Shown here in pieces: positions 33,377 through 45,125 of a stretch of DNA of 64,000 nucleotides. The DNA lies in assembly GCF_965641715.1 (NCBI RefSeq), contig NZ_OZ282453.1; one strand, given 5' to 3'. The notes beneath the pieces were generated by a model, which was given only the letters and a program-made list of their open reading frames with translations, was not told the DNA's origin and made no database searches. Each line of letters begins with the position of its first letter. Position 1 is the stretch's first letter. A program made the position numbers and the translations under genes. The stretch is from Escherichia coli (GTDB taxonomy: Bacteria > Pseudomonadota > Gammaproteobacteria > Enterobacterales > Enterobacteriaceae).

Positions 33377-34093
33377 ATGCAGACCCCGCACATTCTTATC
33401 GTTGAAGACGAGTTGGTAACACGCAACACGTTGAAAAGTATTTTCGAAGCGGAAGGCTATGATGTTTTCGAAGCGACAGATGGCGCGGAAATGCATCAGA
33501 TCCTCTCTGAATATGACATCAACCTGGTGATCATGGATATCAATCTGCCGGGTAAGAACGGTCTTCTGTTAGCGCGTGAACTGCGCGAGCAGGCGAATGT
33601 TGCGTTGATGTTCCTGACTGGCCGTGACAACGAAGTCGATAAAATTCTCGGCCTCGAAATCGGTGCAGATGACTACATCACCAAACCGTTCAACCCGCGT
33701 GAACTGACGATTCGTGCACGCAACCTGCTGTCCCGTACCATGAATCTGGGTACTGTCAGCGAAGAACGTCGTAGCGTTGAAAGCTACAAGTTCAATGGTT
33801 GGGAACTGGACATCAACAGCCGTTCTTTGATCGGCCCTGATGGCGAGCAGTACAAGCTGCCGCGCAGTGAGTTCCGCGCCATGCTTCACTTCTGTGAAAA
33901 CCCAGGCAAAATTCAGTCCCGTGCTGAACTGCTGAAGAAAATGACCGGCCGTGAGCTGAAACCGCACGACCGTACTGTAGACGTGACGATCCGCCGTATT
34001 CGTAAACATTTCGAATCTACGCCGGATACGCCGGAAATCATCGCCACCATTCACGGTGAAGGTTATCGCTTCTGCGGTGATCTGGAAGATTAA
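33377..34093 (+). CDS. arcA: aerobic respiration control response regulator ArcA (OmpR family)
   Basis: 238 aa [30 protein letters not shown]... receiver domain plus winged-helix. Confidence 0.97.
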
Positions 34094-34110
34094 TCGGCTT
34101 TAACACCGTC

Positions 34111-34148
34111 AAAAAAAACGGCGCTTTTTAGCGCCGTTTTTATTTTTC
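34111..34148. terminator. bidirectional rho-independent terminator between arcA and creD
   Basis: aaaaaaaa-cggcgc-ttttt-agcgccg-tttttattttt: GC stem flanked by A-run and T-run, between convergent arcA and creD. Confidence 0.8.
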
Positions 34149-34152
34149 AACC

Positions 34153-35505
34153 TTATTTCCAGATACGTAATTCATCGTCCGTTGTAACGTCTTTACTGGC
34201 TTTCATTTTCGGCAGTGAAAACGCATACCAGTCGATATTACGGGTCACAAACATCATGCCGGCCAGCGCCACCACCAGCACACTGGTTCCCAACAACAGC
34301 GCGCTATCGGCAGAGTTGAGCAGTCCCCACATCACACCATCCAGCAACAACAGCGCGAGGGTAAACAACATGCTGTTGCGCCAGCCTTTCAATACCGCCT
34401 GCAAATAAATACCGTTCATTAACGCCCCAATCAGACTGGCGATTATCCATGCCACGGTAAAACCGGTATGTTCAGAAAGCGCCAGCAAGAGCAAATAAAA
34501 CATCACCAATGAAAGCCCCACCAGCAAATATTGCATTGGGTGTAAACGTTGCTCGGTGAGCGTTTCAAAAACAAAGAACGCCATAAAAGTCAGCGCAATC
34601 AGCAGAATGGCATACTTAGTCGCCCGGTCAGTTAATTGGTATTGATCGGCTGGCGTCGTCACTGCGACGCTAAACGCGGGGAAGTTTTCCCAGCCGGTAT
34701 CATTGCCTGAAGCAAAACGCTCACCGAGATTATTAGCAAACCAGCTGCTTTGCCATTGCGCCTGAAAACCTGACTCGCTAACTTCCCGTTTGGCTGGCAA
34801 AAAATCACCTAAAAAACTGGGATGCGGCCAGTTGCTGGTTAAGGTCATTTCGCTATTACGCCCGGTAGGCACCACAGAAAGATCGCCGGTACCGCTTAAA
34901 TTCAATGCCATATTCAGCTTCAGGTTCTGCTTCCGCCAGTCCCCTTCGGGTAAAGGGATATGCACGCCCTGCCCGCCTTGCTCTAACCCGGTGCCGGGTT
35001 CAATCGTCAGCGCCATTCCGTTAACTTCAGGCGCTTTCACCACACCAATACCACGCGCATCCCCGACGCTAACCACAATAAATGGCTTGCCTAAGGTGAT
35101 ATTTGGCGCGTTGAGCTCGCCAAGACGCGAAACATCGAAATCGGCTTTTAGCGTTAAATCACTGTGCCAGACCTGACCGGTATAAATCCCTATCTTGCGT
35201 TCTTCCACGTTCTGATTGCCATCAACCATCAATGACTCAGGTAACCAAAAATGGATAAAACTTCGTTTCCGCTCCACGGTTTTATCCTCTTCCTGTACCG
35301 TATAAAGCTCGGTCACAGGAATAGCGATAAGCGGCCCAACGAGTTTTTGCGGCCCGCTGGTACTTTGGCGAATCGCATCTTCCACATCGCTACGGTAATC
35401 GGCACGTTCGACAATCACCTGCCGAATCAGCATTATCGGAATCAACAACAGCAATACTGCACCAAACAGGGTGGTCATTTTCCAGAACAGGGGGGATTTC
35501 AACAT
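34153..35505 (-). CDS. creD: inner membrane protein CreD
   Basis: 450 aa membrane protein MLKSPLFWKMTTLFGAVLLLLIPIMLIRQV... Confidence 0.9.
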   Translation of the reverse strand: MLKSPLFWKMTTLFGAVLLLLIPIMLIRQVIVERADYRSDVEDAIRQSTSGPQKLVGPLIAIPVTELYTVQEEDKTVERKRSFIHFWLPESLMVDGNQNVEERKIGIYTGQVWHSDLTLKADFDVSRLGELNAPNITLGKPFIVVSVGDARGIGVVKAPEVNGMALTIEPGTGLEQGGQGVHIPLPEGDWRKQNLKLNMALNLSGTGDLSVVPTGRNSEMTLTSNWPHPSFLGDFLPAKREVSESGFQAQWQSSWFANNLGERFASGNDTGWENFPAFSVAVTTPADQYQLTDRATKYAILLIALTFMAFFVFETLTEQRLHPMQYLLVGLSLVMFYLLLLALSEHTGFTVAWIIASLIGALMNGIYLQAVLKGWRNSMLFTLALLLLDGVMWGLLNSADSALLLGTSVLVVALAGMMFVTRNIDWYAFSLPKMKASKDVTTDDELRIWK

Positions 35506-35562
35506 AGTCTTCTCCTTTGCAATGGCAGCAGGATACGAAGGCTATGTGGGAAGAATTTGAAG

Positions 35563-36987
35563 CTATGTGAAGTGACGGTGAAGTCGAAGCGAGGCCAGCA
35601 CGCCACCTTCCTGCACGTTGCGCAGCGTGACTTCGCCGTTAAACAAACGGGCGACCTCACTGACGAACGCCAACCCCAGACCGCTGCTTTTTTGCCCATT
35701 TGCACGCGGCAAAGAGTAAAAGCGTTCAAAAATACGTGACAGCGCGTAGTCAGGAATACCACTACCGGTATCCAGCACCTTAAGCGTGACGTGTTCATGA
35801 TCCACTTCGGCGCTTAGCGTTATGCGACCGCTCTCAGGGGTAAAATCGATGGCGTTATCCAGTAAATTCCCCAGCGCCTGCTCCAGTAACGCCGGTTCAG
35901 CAGCAACGTTAACCTCAGTAGGCATAACATGCAAAGTGATGTTTTTTTCTGCCAACTGCACGGTGCGCGCTTCGCTGACGCGGCGAAATAATGCCGCCAC
36001 ATCAACAGCAGTCAGAACGACTTCCTGACGATTCTCCAGTCTTGCCTGGCGTAGTAACGTTTCTACCAATGCCTGCATACGCGCATTTTGCGTCAGAATG
36101 TTGTCGGTAAAACGAGCCACCACTTCCGGTGGCGGACCTTCGCGTAAAATTTCCGCCGCGCCACGAATCGCCGCCAGTGGGCTTTTTAGCTCATGGGTTA
36201 ACGCATAAACATACTGCTCAATATAGTTTTTCCCTTCCAGCTTCACGCGCATACTTTCCAGCGCCTGCGCAAGCTTACGCAACTCGCTACTGCCGAGTTC
36301 AGGAAGAGGAACGGGCTTATTGTCAGTGACGGAATCAGCATAGCGAGTGAGCCGGGCAATGGAGCGGTTGATCCACCAAACCATGCCTGCGCCAATCACC
36401 AGTGCAATCCCCAGCAAAATGGCGCTGGCCCATAAAATTCGCCGCTCGCTGCGCTTAATGACCGGAGCCATCGCCGCGTTCGGTTTGCCTACGCTCAAAA
36501 CGCCAATAAGCCGCGAGCCGTCCATAATCGGCGCGGCAACATACATCACTGAACTTTCGGGATCGGCAGGATTTTGCAACGTGCTGCGCGCACCATACTG
36601 ACCACGCAACGTTAGCCAGACGTCATTCCAGCGCGAATAATCCTGCCCAACGGCTTTATTTGCCGAATCGAACAATACTTTGCCCTGCGCATCGGTCATA
36701 TAGACATGATATTCATTGCGCACTTTGTTAATGCCACCGATATTGGCGCGAAACGGGCGATGTTGTAGCTGATTAAACGCCTGCGCCAGTTGCCCATGCG
36801 TTGGGTCCCCAGAGAGCAAATTGGGACGCGCCAGCTCCGCCAGCAACGTTGCGGTGTCGATCAGCGTCCCCTCCGTTGCTCTTCGCACGCCCGGTTTAAC
36901 TTCTTTGACAAAAATAGCCAGTACGAACCAGGCCGCCACCGCCACCAGTAAAAAATAGCCCAGCAACAACCGCATGCCGATACGCAT
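35563..36987 (-). CDS. creC: sensor histidine kinase CreC
   Basis: 474 aa, two TM segments, H-box ELKSPLAAIRGAAEIL, HATPase motifs (DNAIDF, LDTGSGI). Confidence 0.93.
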   Translation of the reverse strand: MRIGMRLLLGYFLLVAVAAWFVLAIFVKEVKPGVRRATEGTLIDTATLLAELARPNLLSGDPTHGQLAQAFNQLQHRPFRANIGGINKVRNEYHVYMTDAQGKVLFDSANKAVGQDYSRWNDVWLTLRGQYGARSTLQNPADPESSVMYVAAPIMDGSRLIGVLSVGKPNAAMAPVIKRSERRILWASAILLGIALVIGAGMVWWINRSIARLTRYADSVTDNKPVPLPELGSSELRKLAQALESMRVKLEGKNYIEQYVYALTHELKSPLAAIRGAAEILREGPPPEVVARFTDNILTQNARMQALVETLLRQARLENRQEVVLTAVDVAALFRRVSEARTVQLAEKNITLHVMPTEVNVAAEPALLEQALGNLLDNAIDFTPESGRITLSAEVDHEHVTLKVLDTGSGIPDYALSRIFERFYSLPRANGQKSSGLGLAFVSEVARLFNGEVTLRNVQEGGVLASLRLHRHFT

Positions 36988-37676
36988 TACAGGCCCCTCA
37001 GGCTATATCCCATGCCGCGATGAGTATTAATCGGTGAAAGATCGGGGTTGATGGCGCGCAGCTTGGCACGCAACGTTTTAATGTGGGTATCGACGGTGCG
37101 ATCGTAGGTGTCCTGCGCATCTTCCCATACGCTATCCATTAGTTGCTGGCGGGACCAGACGCGGCCTGGCGACTTGAGTAACGTCTTCAGCAATAAAAAC
37201 TCATACCGCGTCAGCGTTAATGGCGTGTCAAACCAGCTGATCTGCGCCGCGGGTTCATTCAATTCAAAATGTCCAATACGGATGACGGGAGACGGCGACG
37301 AGAACTTCTTCACCCGACGGAGTAAGGTGCGCACCCTGGCGCACACTTCGCGGGGTGAAAACGGTTTAGCTACATAGTCGTCAGCGCCAATTTCCAGCCC
37401 AAGCAGGCGATCGACCTCTTCACTTCGGGCCGTCAGGAACAGTACAGGTAACGCCGGATGGAGCGCCAGTAACTGGCGGCACAATTCAAAGCCGCTGATA
37501 TCAGGCAAACCAACATCGAGAATCATGACGTCGGGAACCTGCTGGCGAGCTTTATCCAGCACCGGCAAGCCTCGCTCAAAGACCTCGACGGCAAAACCTT
37601 CCTGCTGCAACATGTAGACCAGCGTGTCGGCTATCCCTTGCTCATCTTCCACTAACCAGACCGTTTCCCGTTGCAT
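36987..37676 (-). CDS. creB: response regulator CreB (OmpR family)
   Basis: 229 aa MQRETVWLVEDEQGIADTLVYMLQQEGF...; 1-nt overlap with creC. Confidence 0.93.
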   Translation of the reverse strand: MQRETVWLVEDEQGIADTLVYMLQQEGFAVEVFERGLPVLDKARQQVPDVMILDVGLPDISGFELCRQLLALHPALPVLFLTARSEEVDRLLGLEIGADDYVAKPFSPREVCARVRTLLRRVKKFSSPSPVIRIGHFELNEPAAQISWFDTPLTLTRYEFLLLKTLLKSPGRVWSRQQLMDSVWEDAQDTYDRTVDTHIKTLRAKLRAINPDLSPINTHRGMGYSLRGL

Positions 37677-37688
37677 AAATCGCCTCTG

Positions 37689-38162
37689 TTATTGCCGCCA
37701 CGGCATGACAGGAACCGCGCTAATCGCGTTTTTCGGCGAACCTTCTACAACTTTGTCGGAGTAAGCCAGATAAGCGAGCGCGTTGCGTTTGGCGTCATAA
37801 AAGCGCACGACCTGTAACGACTTAAAGACCAGGGACGTGCGTTTTTTGAATACTACCTCGCCCTGAGCTTTGCCGTTTTTAATACGATCCGACAGTTCAA
37901 TCGGCCCGACTTGCTGACAAGAAATAGCCGCATCGGAGGTATCTTCCGCCAGGCCCAATCCCCCTTTAATACCCCCGGTTTTCGCCCGGCTCACATAACA
38001 GGTGACATTTTTCACATCGGGATCGTCAAAGGCTTCCACAACAATTTTGTGATCTGGGCCGATCATTTTAAATACGGTGTCGACCGAACCAATCTCTTCT
38101 GCATGAGCCAATGGCCCCAGCATTATCAGGCTTAAAGACAGGATCAAATGCTTGTATTTCAT
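37689..38162 (-). CDS. creA: periplasmic protein CreA
   Basis: 157 aa with signal peptide [21 protein letters not shown]; first gene of creABCD. Confidence 0.9.
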
Positions 38163-38372
38163 ATTGTTACCATTTTTATCTATTACACGAGCAATTAGTT
38201 CGTCACGGTAAATAACATATTGATTAAGAACAAAATCTCAATACTTTTATTTCCGTCAAGACCTAAAACATACTCTACTAAGAAAAAAACACTGAATGCT
38301 AAAACAGCAAAAAATGCTATTATCCAATTACCTGATGTCAGGTGCTCGTTGTTGAAAGGATGAGGATATTTT

Positions 38373-39242
38373 ATGGATCAGGCCGGCATTATTCGCGACC
38401 TTTTAATCTGGCTGGAAGGTCATCTGGATCAGCCCCTGTCGCTCGACAATGTAGCGGCGAAAGCAGGTTATTCCAAGTGGCACTTACAGAGAATGTTTAA
38501 AGATGTCACTGGCCATGCTATTGGCGCGTATATTCGTGCTCGTCGTTTGTCGAAATCGGCGGTCGCACTACGCCTGACTGCGCGTCCGATTCTGGACATC
38601 GCGCTGCAATACCGCTTCGACTCTCAACAGACATTTACCCGCGCATTCAAGAAGCAGTTTGCCCAGACTCCTGCACTTTACCGCCGTTCTCCTGAATGGA
38701 GCGCCTTTGGTATTCGCCCGCCGCTGCGTCTGGGTGAATTCACTATGCCAGAGCATAAATTTGTCACCCTGGAAGATACGCCGCTGATTGGTGTTACCCA
38801 GAGCTACTCCTGTTCGCTGGAGCAAATCTCTGATTTCCGCCATGAAATGCGTTATCAGTTCTGGCACGATTTTCTCGGCAACGCGCCGACCATTCCGCCA
38901 GTGCTCTACGGCCTGAATGAAACGCGTCCGAGTCAGGATAAAGACGACGAACAAGAGGTATTCTATACCACCGCGTTAGCCCAGGATCAGGCAGATGGCT
39001 ATGTACTGACGGGGCATCCGGTGATGCTGCAGGGCGGCGAATATGTGATGTTTACCTATGAAGGTCTGGGAACCGGCGTGCAGGAGTTTATCCTGACGGT
39101 ATACGGAACGTGCATGCCAATGCTCAACCTGACGCGCCGTAAAGGTCAGGATATTGAGCGATACTACCCGGCAGAAGATGCCAAAGCGGGAGATCGCCCA
39201 ATTAATCTGCGCTGTGAACTGCTGATTCCGATCCGTCGTTAA
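38373..39242 (+). CDS. rob: AraC/XylS-family transcriptional regulator Rob (right origin-binding protein)
   Basis: 289 aa MDQAGIIRDLLIWLEGHLDQPLSLDNVAAKAGYSKWHLQRMFKDVTG (AraC HTH) plus GyrI-like C-terminal domain. Confidence 0.95.
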   Translation: MDQAGIIRDLLIWLEGHLDQPLSLDNVAAKAGYSKWHLQRMFKDVTGHAIGAYIRARRLSKSAVALRLTARPILDIALQYRFDSQQTFTRAFKKQFAQTPALYRRSPEWSAFGIRPPLRLGEFTMPEHKFVTLEDTPLIGVTQSYSCSLEQISDFRHEMRYQFWHDFLGNAPTIPPVLYGLNETRPSQDKDDEQEVFYTTALAQDQADGYVLTGHPVMLQGGEYVMFTYEGLGTGVQEFILTVYGTCMPMLNLTRRKGQDIERYYPAEDAKAGDRPINLRCELLIPIRR

Positions 39243-39886
39243 CGCTGCAGCTCATCTAATGCAGGGGCGTCCAGATGCGAGATGTCCCCTGCGGTTTCAA
39301 CGACCCAGCCAGACGCCAGCCACAGGCTTTCCTGATAATCCACGCGCGAAATAGAACAGTTACGCAGACGTAAGCGGCGCTCTGCCCATGCTGGTAATCC
39401 GAGAATCGTACTCACCAGGCATCCCAGTGCAATACCATGACTCACCAGCAGCGGTCGGCTTCCCTGCGGTAAGTCCCGGCAAGATTCCAGTGCCGCATTG
39501 ACGCGATCGCTGAGCTCCTGCATTGACTCGCCTTCAGGAATACGCCCGTCAACGGTGCCATTGACCAGCTGCCGACGCCAGTTCTCTTCTTCTTCGGTCA
39601 GAGAATCGATATGTCTTTTTTCCAGCACACCCATGTTTAATTCACGCAGGCGAGAATCAAAGATGATGTCACAGCCGCAGGCCTGGGCGATGATTTCCGC
39701 CGTACGCCGGGTGCGTCCTAAATCGCTACTGATGATATGCGTAATGCCAAGCTCTTTGGCACGCGTCGCCACCTGCATCGCCTGTTGCTCACCTTTGGCG
39801 GTCAGCGGGCTGTCAGACTGGCCCTGAATACGTCGCTCGGCGTTCCACTGCGTTTCACCGTGGCGGACTAGGTATACCTGTAACAT
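39239..39886 (-). CDS. gpmB: histidine-phosphatase family protein GpmB (probable phosphoglycerate mutase)
   Basis: 215 aa MLQVYLVRHGETQWNAERRIQGQSDSPLT (RHG catalytic motif); 4-bp convergent overlap with rob. Confidence 0.93.
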   Translation of the reverse strand: MLQVYLVRHGETQWNAERRIQGQSDSPLTAKGEQQAMQVATRAKELGITHIISSDLGRTRRTAEIIAQACGCDIIFDSRLRELNMGVLEKRHIDSLTEEEENWRRQLVNGTVDGRIPEGESMQELSDRVNAALESCRDLPQGSRPLLVSHGIALGCLVSTILGLPAWAERRLRLRNCSISRVDYQESLWLASGWVVETAGDISHLDAPALDELQR

Positions 39887-39925
39887 GCTTTTTTTCCGTA
39901 TACTGCTGTAACGTTAATTTTCTGA

Positions 39926-40450
<525 letters not shown>

Positions 40451-40596
40451 GCGCCTGATGCGACGCTGCCGCGTCTTATCATGCCTACCAAACATATTGA
40501 AATTACGGGTATTTGTAGGACGGATAAGGCGTTCACGCCGCATCCGGCATTCGGTGCACGATGCCTGATGCGCCACGTCTTATCAGGCCTACAAAA
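40451..40596. repeat. REP/BIME cluster
   Basis: gcctgatgcgacgctg...gtcttatcatgcctac and gccgcatccggcattcggtgcacgatgcctgatgcgccacgtcttatcaggcctac REP palindromes between yjjX and trpR. Confidence 0.8.
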
Positions 40597-40938
<342 letters not shown>

Positions 40939-40970
40939 TTAGCGGGGGAAGCAAAATGCCTCCCCCGGTT

Positions 40971-40988
40971 GTACTCGCTAAAGAGTAC
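40971..40988. promoter_or_regulatory. TrpR operator (autoregulation) in trpR promoter
   Basis: Palindrome GTACTCGCTAAAGAGTAC about 50 bp upstream of trpR, matching the GTACT-N-AGTAC trp-operator core. Confidence 0.6.
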
Positions 40989-41012
40989 GATAGCATATCA
41001 TAAACGTGCGGA

Positions 41013-42950
41013 TCAGTAACGACGTCCCCATTCCGTGGCGCTCATCAACGTCGGTTTATCCCCCATGAAATAGCGGTAGTAAGCGTCATAAGCCAGCACG
41101 TTCTTCACATAACCGCGCGTCTCGGAGAACGGAATACTCTCGACAAATGCCACAGCGTCGATACGCCCGGCGCTGTTGCCAAGCCAGGTTCGCACCCGTC
41201 CAGGTCCGGCGTTATAAGCTGCTGAGGAGAAAATACGGTTATTACCAAATTGCTGATAAACATATTGCAGGTAACTGGTGCCAATGTTGATATTCGTTTC
41301 CGGATCCAGCAATTGCCCAGGGCTGCTATAACCAGGAATAGAGAACATCTTCACCGTATGGGTCGCCGTGCCCGGCATAATCTGCATCAGGCCGCTGGCC
41401 CCTACCGGTGATTTCACTTTCGGATTCCAGGCGCTCTCCTGACGGGCAATCGCCATCGCATAGCTTTGCGGGATCTCCTTCCCACTGGTGTAACGTTTGA
41501 AAAGATCGTTGTAAGCCAGCGGGAATCGCTCTTCCAGATGATCCCAAAGCTTCCCGGCGATCGTTGCCTGAACGCTAAGATCCCACCATTGGTTGTTGAA
41601 AGCATACCGCGCCAGTTGAGCCTGCTCTGTTTTTGACTTGCTCTTCACCAGATTGGCCCACTCGCTACGCGCGGTGTTATCGAGATTCCAGTACATCAAC
41701 TCGCGCACGCGCGCCATCTCCGGCCCCTGAGTCAGGGCGCTGTCAACATTCTGCGGCGCTTTATCAATCTTCAGCTCATACTCTTCGCCGATGCGTTGTG
41801 CAGCAACCATCGGGTAGAAACCACGCTGTTGCATGAGTTGATGCAAAATCTCTTTTGCTTCAGCTTCACGTCCGCGTTCCAGCAATAAATCCGCCTGCCA
41901 GTAACGCCATTCATCTTTCTCTTTCGCCTCCATCGGCAAACGCGCCAGCCAGGTATTCAGGCCACGACGATCGCCGGTGCCAAGCGCCATTCGTACACGG
42001 CGTTCAATAAGCGAAGTAGATTGCGAGCGCATAATGGCGTCATCGCGCCATTTCGCCTGCTCGTCGGTGACATCGTTGCCCATCAAACGCCAGGCGACGA
42101 TATCGCGCAGCTCCTGAATCTGATCTTCATTAAGCTGCTGCGCCTGGGCAAGCGATGGGATCATCAGCCGTGCATTCTCAGCATCCTGCCGCGCCACACT
42201 GGCAAACGCCACCGCCGCCATTTGACGGGTAAAATCGGTCGCTCCGGTTGTACGCGCGAAGGTCAGTACCGTATTAGGGTTGTTCGCCAGTGAAATGATT
42301 GCCGAGGCGATAGTCTGGTAATCGGCAGGCATCTGCCCTGCCAGCACTGTTACCAGGCCTGTGTTACCCGCTTTCATCGCCAGACGGATACGCTCTAAAT
42401 ACGCCAGCGGATCTTGTTTACCTGACGCACGCCAGACGCTAAATAACTTGTCACAGGCGTTAGGCTGGCTCTTGCCGGTTAGCCACAGCTCTTTCGCCCC
42501 TTGCCAGGCTTCTTCACTCTGCCCGGTGTTCCATTTCGCATAGTAGTAATTACATTGCGCTTCGGTAGTTCCGGGCTTTTCCGGGCTAAAGGCTAACAAG
42601 CCACGCCAGTCTTCACGCCGCGCCAGTTCATTGACGAAACGAGATTGCAGCGTGCGAGCGGGAGGAAGCGTGGGGTTAGCGCGAACAAAGTTAGTGACCG
42701 TCACCGCCGGTTGATTCATCAGATCATCGGTGATCTGGCGGTATTCCAGGTAGGGATAAAGCGGATAATCCTTCAGTCCAGGCATCATTTGTTCGACCAC
42801 ATCCATTTGTCGATTATCCCAGGCCTGCTTGATTTGCGCGTAACGACTACGCTGCTCATCCAGTGAGTCGGCTCGCGCCACGCTGCTGACCGTCAGCAGA
42901 CAGACACCGGCAGCCAACAGCCGCCAGGTAACTTGTTTGGCTTTTTCCAC
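41013..42950 (-). CDS. slt: soluble lytic murein transglycosylase Slt70
   Basis: 645 aa from GTG start (M)EKAKQVTWRLLAAGVCLLTVSSVARADSLDEQRSRYAQIK...; C-terminal lysozyme-like domain (ESAWNPKVKSPVGASGLMQIMP). Confidence 0.93.
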   Translation of the reverse strand: MEKAKQVTWRLLAAGVCLLTVSSVARADSLDEQRSRYAQIKQAWDNRQMDVVEQMMPGLKDYPLYPYLEYRQITDDLMNQPAVTVTNFVRANPTLPPARTLQSRFVNELARREDWRGLLAFSPEKPGTTEAQCNYYYAKWNTGQSEEAWQGAKELWLTGKSQPNACDKLFSVWRASGKQDPLAYLERIRLAMKAGNTGLVTVLAGQMPADYQTIASAIISLANNPNTVLTFARTTGATDFTRQMAAVAFASVARQDAENARLMIPSLAQAQQLNEDQIQELRDIVAWRLMGNDVTDEQAKWRDDAIMRSQSTSLIERRVRMALGTGDRRGLNTWLARLPMEAKEKDEWRYWQADLLLERGREAEAKEILHQLMQQRGFYPMVAAQRIGEEYELKIDKAPQNVDSALTQGPEMARVRELMYWNLDNTARSEWANLVKSKSKTEQAQLARYAFNNQWWDLSVQATIAGKLWDHLEERFPLAYNDLFKRYTSGKEIPQSYAMAIARQESAWNPKVKSPVGASGLMQIMPGTATHTVKMFSIPGYSSPGQLLDPETNINIGTSYLQYVYQQFGNNRIFSSAAYNAGPGRVRTWLGNSAGRIDAVAFVESIPFSETRGYVKNVLAYDAYYRYFMGDKPTLMSATEWGRRY

Positions 42951-43160
42951 AAGCGCATCCTCTAAGTGTAAATACATCAATGCAGCGTCATGCCGCGTAA
43001 TAGATTTATGCTAACCAGTCATTGCCGTTTACGCCACGTTACGGACACTTTTTTACTTTTACTGCGAGGGTGATCGACCGGCTGGGATTAGGCGGGGAAA
43101 AAGGCTACACTTCGCCTTTGAAAACTCATCATCACGATAAACATAGAGGCGAAGTCCAAC

Positions 43161-44828
43161 GTGGCTCAATTCGTTTATACCATGCATCGTGTCGGCAAAG
43201 TTGTTCCGCCGAAACGTCATATTTTGAAAAACATCTCTCTGAGTTTCTTCCCTGGGGCAAAAATTGGTGTCCTGGGTCTGAACGGCGCGGGTAAGTCCAC
43301 CCTGCTGCGCATTATGGCGGGCATTGATAAAGACATCGAAGGTGAAGCGCGTCCGCAGCCAGACATCAAGATTGGTTATCTGCCGCAGGAACCGCAGCTG
43401 AACCCGGAACACACCGTACGTGAGTCCATTGAAGAAGCGGTTTCAGAAGTGGTTAACGCCCTGAAACGCCTGGATGAAGTGTATGCGCTGTACGCCGATC
43501 CGGATGCCGATTTTGACAAGCTGGCCGCTGAACAAGGCCGTCTGGAAGAGATCATTCAGGCTCACGACGGTCATAATCTGAATGTACAGCTTGAGCGTGC
43601 GGCGGATGCGCTACGTCTGCCGGACTGGGACGCGAAAATCGCTAACCTCTCCGGTGGTGAGCGTCGTCGCGTGGCGTTGTGCCGCCTGCTGCTGGAAAAA
43701 CCAGACATGCTGCTGCTCGACGAACCGACCAACCACCTGGATGCCGAATCCGTGGCGTGGCTGGAACGCTTCCTGCACGACTTCGAAGGCACCGTGGTGG
43801 CGATTACCCACGACCGTTACTTCCTCGATAACGTTGCAGGCTGGATCCTCGAACTTGACCGCGGTGAAGGTATTCCGTGGGAAGGTAACTACTCCTCCTG
43901 GCTGGAGCAGAAAGATCAGCGCCTGGCGCAGGAAGCTTCACAAGAAGCGGCGCGTCGTAAGTCGATCGAGAAAGAGCTGGAGTGGGTACGTCAGGGAACT
44001 AAAGGCCGCCAGTCGAAAGGTAAAGCACGTCTGGCACGCTTTGAAGAGCTGAACAGCACCGAATACCAGAAACGTAACGAAACCAACGAACTGTTTATTC
44101 CACCTGGACCGCGTCTGGGCGATAAAGTGCTGGAAGTCAGCAACCTGCGTAAATCCTACGGCGATCGCCTGCTGATTGATGACCTGAGCTTCTCGATCCC
44201 GAAAGGGGCGATCGTCGGGATCATCGGTCCGAACGGCGCGGGTAAATCGACCCTGTTCCGTATGATCTCCGGTCAGGAACAGCCGGACAGCGGCACCATC
44301 ACTTTGGGTGAAACGGTGAAACTGGCATCGGTTGATCAGTTCCGTGACTCAATGGATAACAGCAAAACCGTTTGGGAAGAAGTTTCCGGCGGGCTGGATA
44401 TCATGAAGATCGGCAACACCGAGATGCCAAGCCGCGCCTACGTTGGCCGCTTTAACTTTAAAGGGGTTGATCAGGGTAAACGCGTTGGTGAACTCTCCGG
44501 TGGTGAGCGCGGTCGTCTGCATCTGGCGAAGCTGCTGCAGGTTGGCGGCAACATGCTGCTGCTCGACGAACCAACTAACGACCTGGATATCGAAACCCTG
44601 CGCGCACTGGAAAACGCCCTGCTGGAGTTCCCTGGCTGCGCGATGGTTATCTCGCACGACCGTTGGTTCCTCGACCGTATTGCCACGCACATCCTGGACT
44701 ACCAGGATGAAGGTAAAGTTGAGTTCTTCGAAGGTAACTTTACTGAGTACGAAGAGTACAAAAAACGCACGCTGGGCGCAGACGCGCTGGAGCCGAAGCG
44801 TATCAAGTACAAGCGTATTGCGAAGTAA
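43161..44828 (+). CDS. ettA: energy-dependent translational throttle protein EttA (ABC-F ATPase)
   Basis: 555 aa, two ABC cassettes (GVLGLNGAGKST and GIIGPNGAGKST Walker A; LSGGERRRVALCRLL and LSGGERGRLHLAKLL signatures). Confidence 0.95.
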   Translation: MAQFVYTMHRVGKVVPPKRHILKNISLSFFPGAKIGVLGLNGAGKSTLLRIMAGIDKDIEGEARPQPDIKIGYLPQEPQLNPEHTVRESIEEAVSEVVNALKRLDEVYALYADPDADFDKLAAEQGRLEEIIQAHDGHNLNVQLERAADALRLPDWDAKIANLSGGERRRVALCRLLLEKPDMLLLDEPTNHLDAESVAWLERFLHDFEGTVVAITHDRYFLDNVAGWILELDRGEGIPWEGNYSSWLEQKDQRLAQEASQEAARRKSIEKELEWVRQGTKGRQSKGKARLARFEELNSTEYQKRNETNELFIPPGPRLGDKVLEVSNLRKSYGDRLLIDDLSFSIPKGAIVGIIGPNGAGKSTLFRMISGQEQPDSGTITLGETVKLASVDQFRDSMDNSKTVWEEVSGGLDIMKIGNTEMPSRAYVGRFNFKGVDQGKRVGELSGGERGRLHLAKLLQVGGNMLLLDEPTNDLDIETLRALENALLEFPGCAMVISHDRWFLDRIATHILDYQDEGKVEFFEGNFTEYEEYKKRTLGADALEPKRIKYKRIAK

Positions 44829-44837
44829 TGCGTAAAA

Positions 44838-44990
44838 TGCCGGATGCGGCGCGAACGCCTTATCCGGCCTACAAAACCAGCAATTTCAATACGTTGTAAA
44901 ACTGTAGGCCTGATAAGACGCGGTAAGCGTCGCATCAGGCATTGAGCACCGAATGCCGGATGCGGCGTGAACACCTTTTCCGGTCTACAA
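44838..44990. repeat. REP/BIME cluster (3 REP units)
   Basis: gccggatgcggcgcgaacgccttatccggcctac ... gtaggcctgataagacgcggtaagcgtcgcatcaggc ... gccggatgcggcgtgaacaccttttccggtctac. Confidence 0.85.
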
Positions 44991-45125
44991 CAGCCTTAGC
45001 ATCCGCAATTTCGTAGCGGGTCACCCGTACAGGTTCTTTCTAATCTCGACAGCCTCTTCCAGAGAGGTTTTCAACTCATCAAAAAAACTCATTTTATACC
45101 TCGCCTTTGAGCAGTTTCGTCACGG

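Noticed and set aside
43582-44835. 156-aa and 130-aa plus-strand ORFs in alternative frames inside ettA
   Set aside because: Out-of-frame overlaps with a conserved ABC-F gene; no supporting signals.
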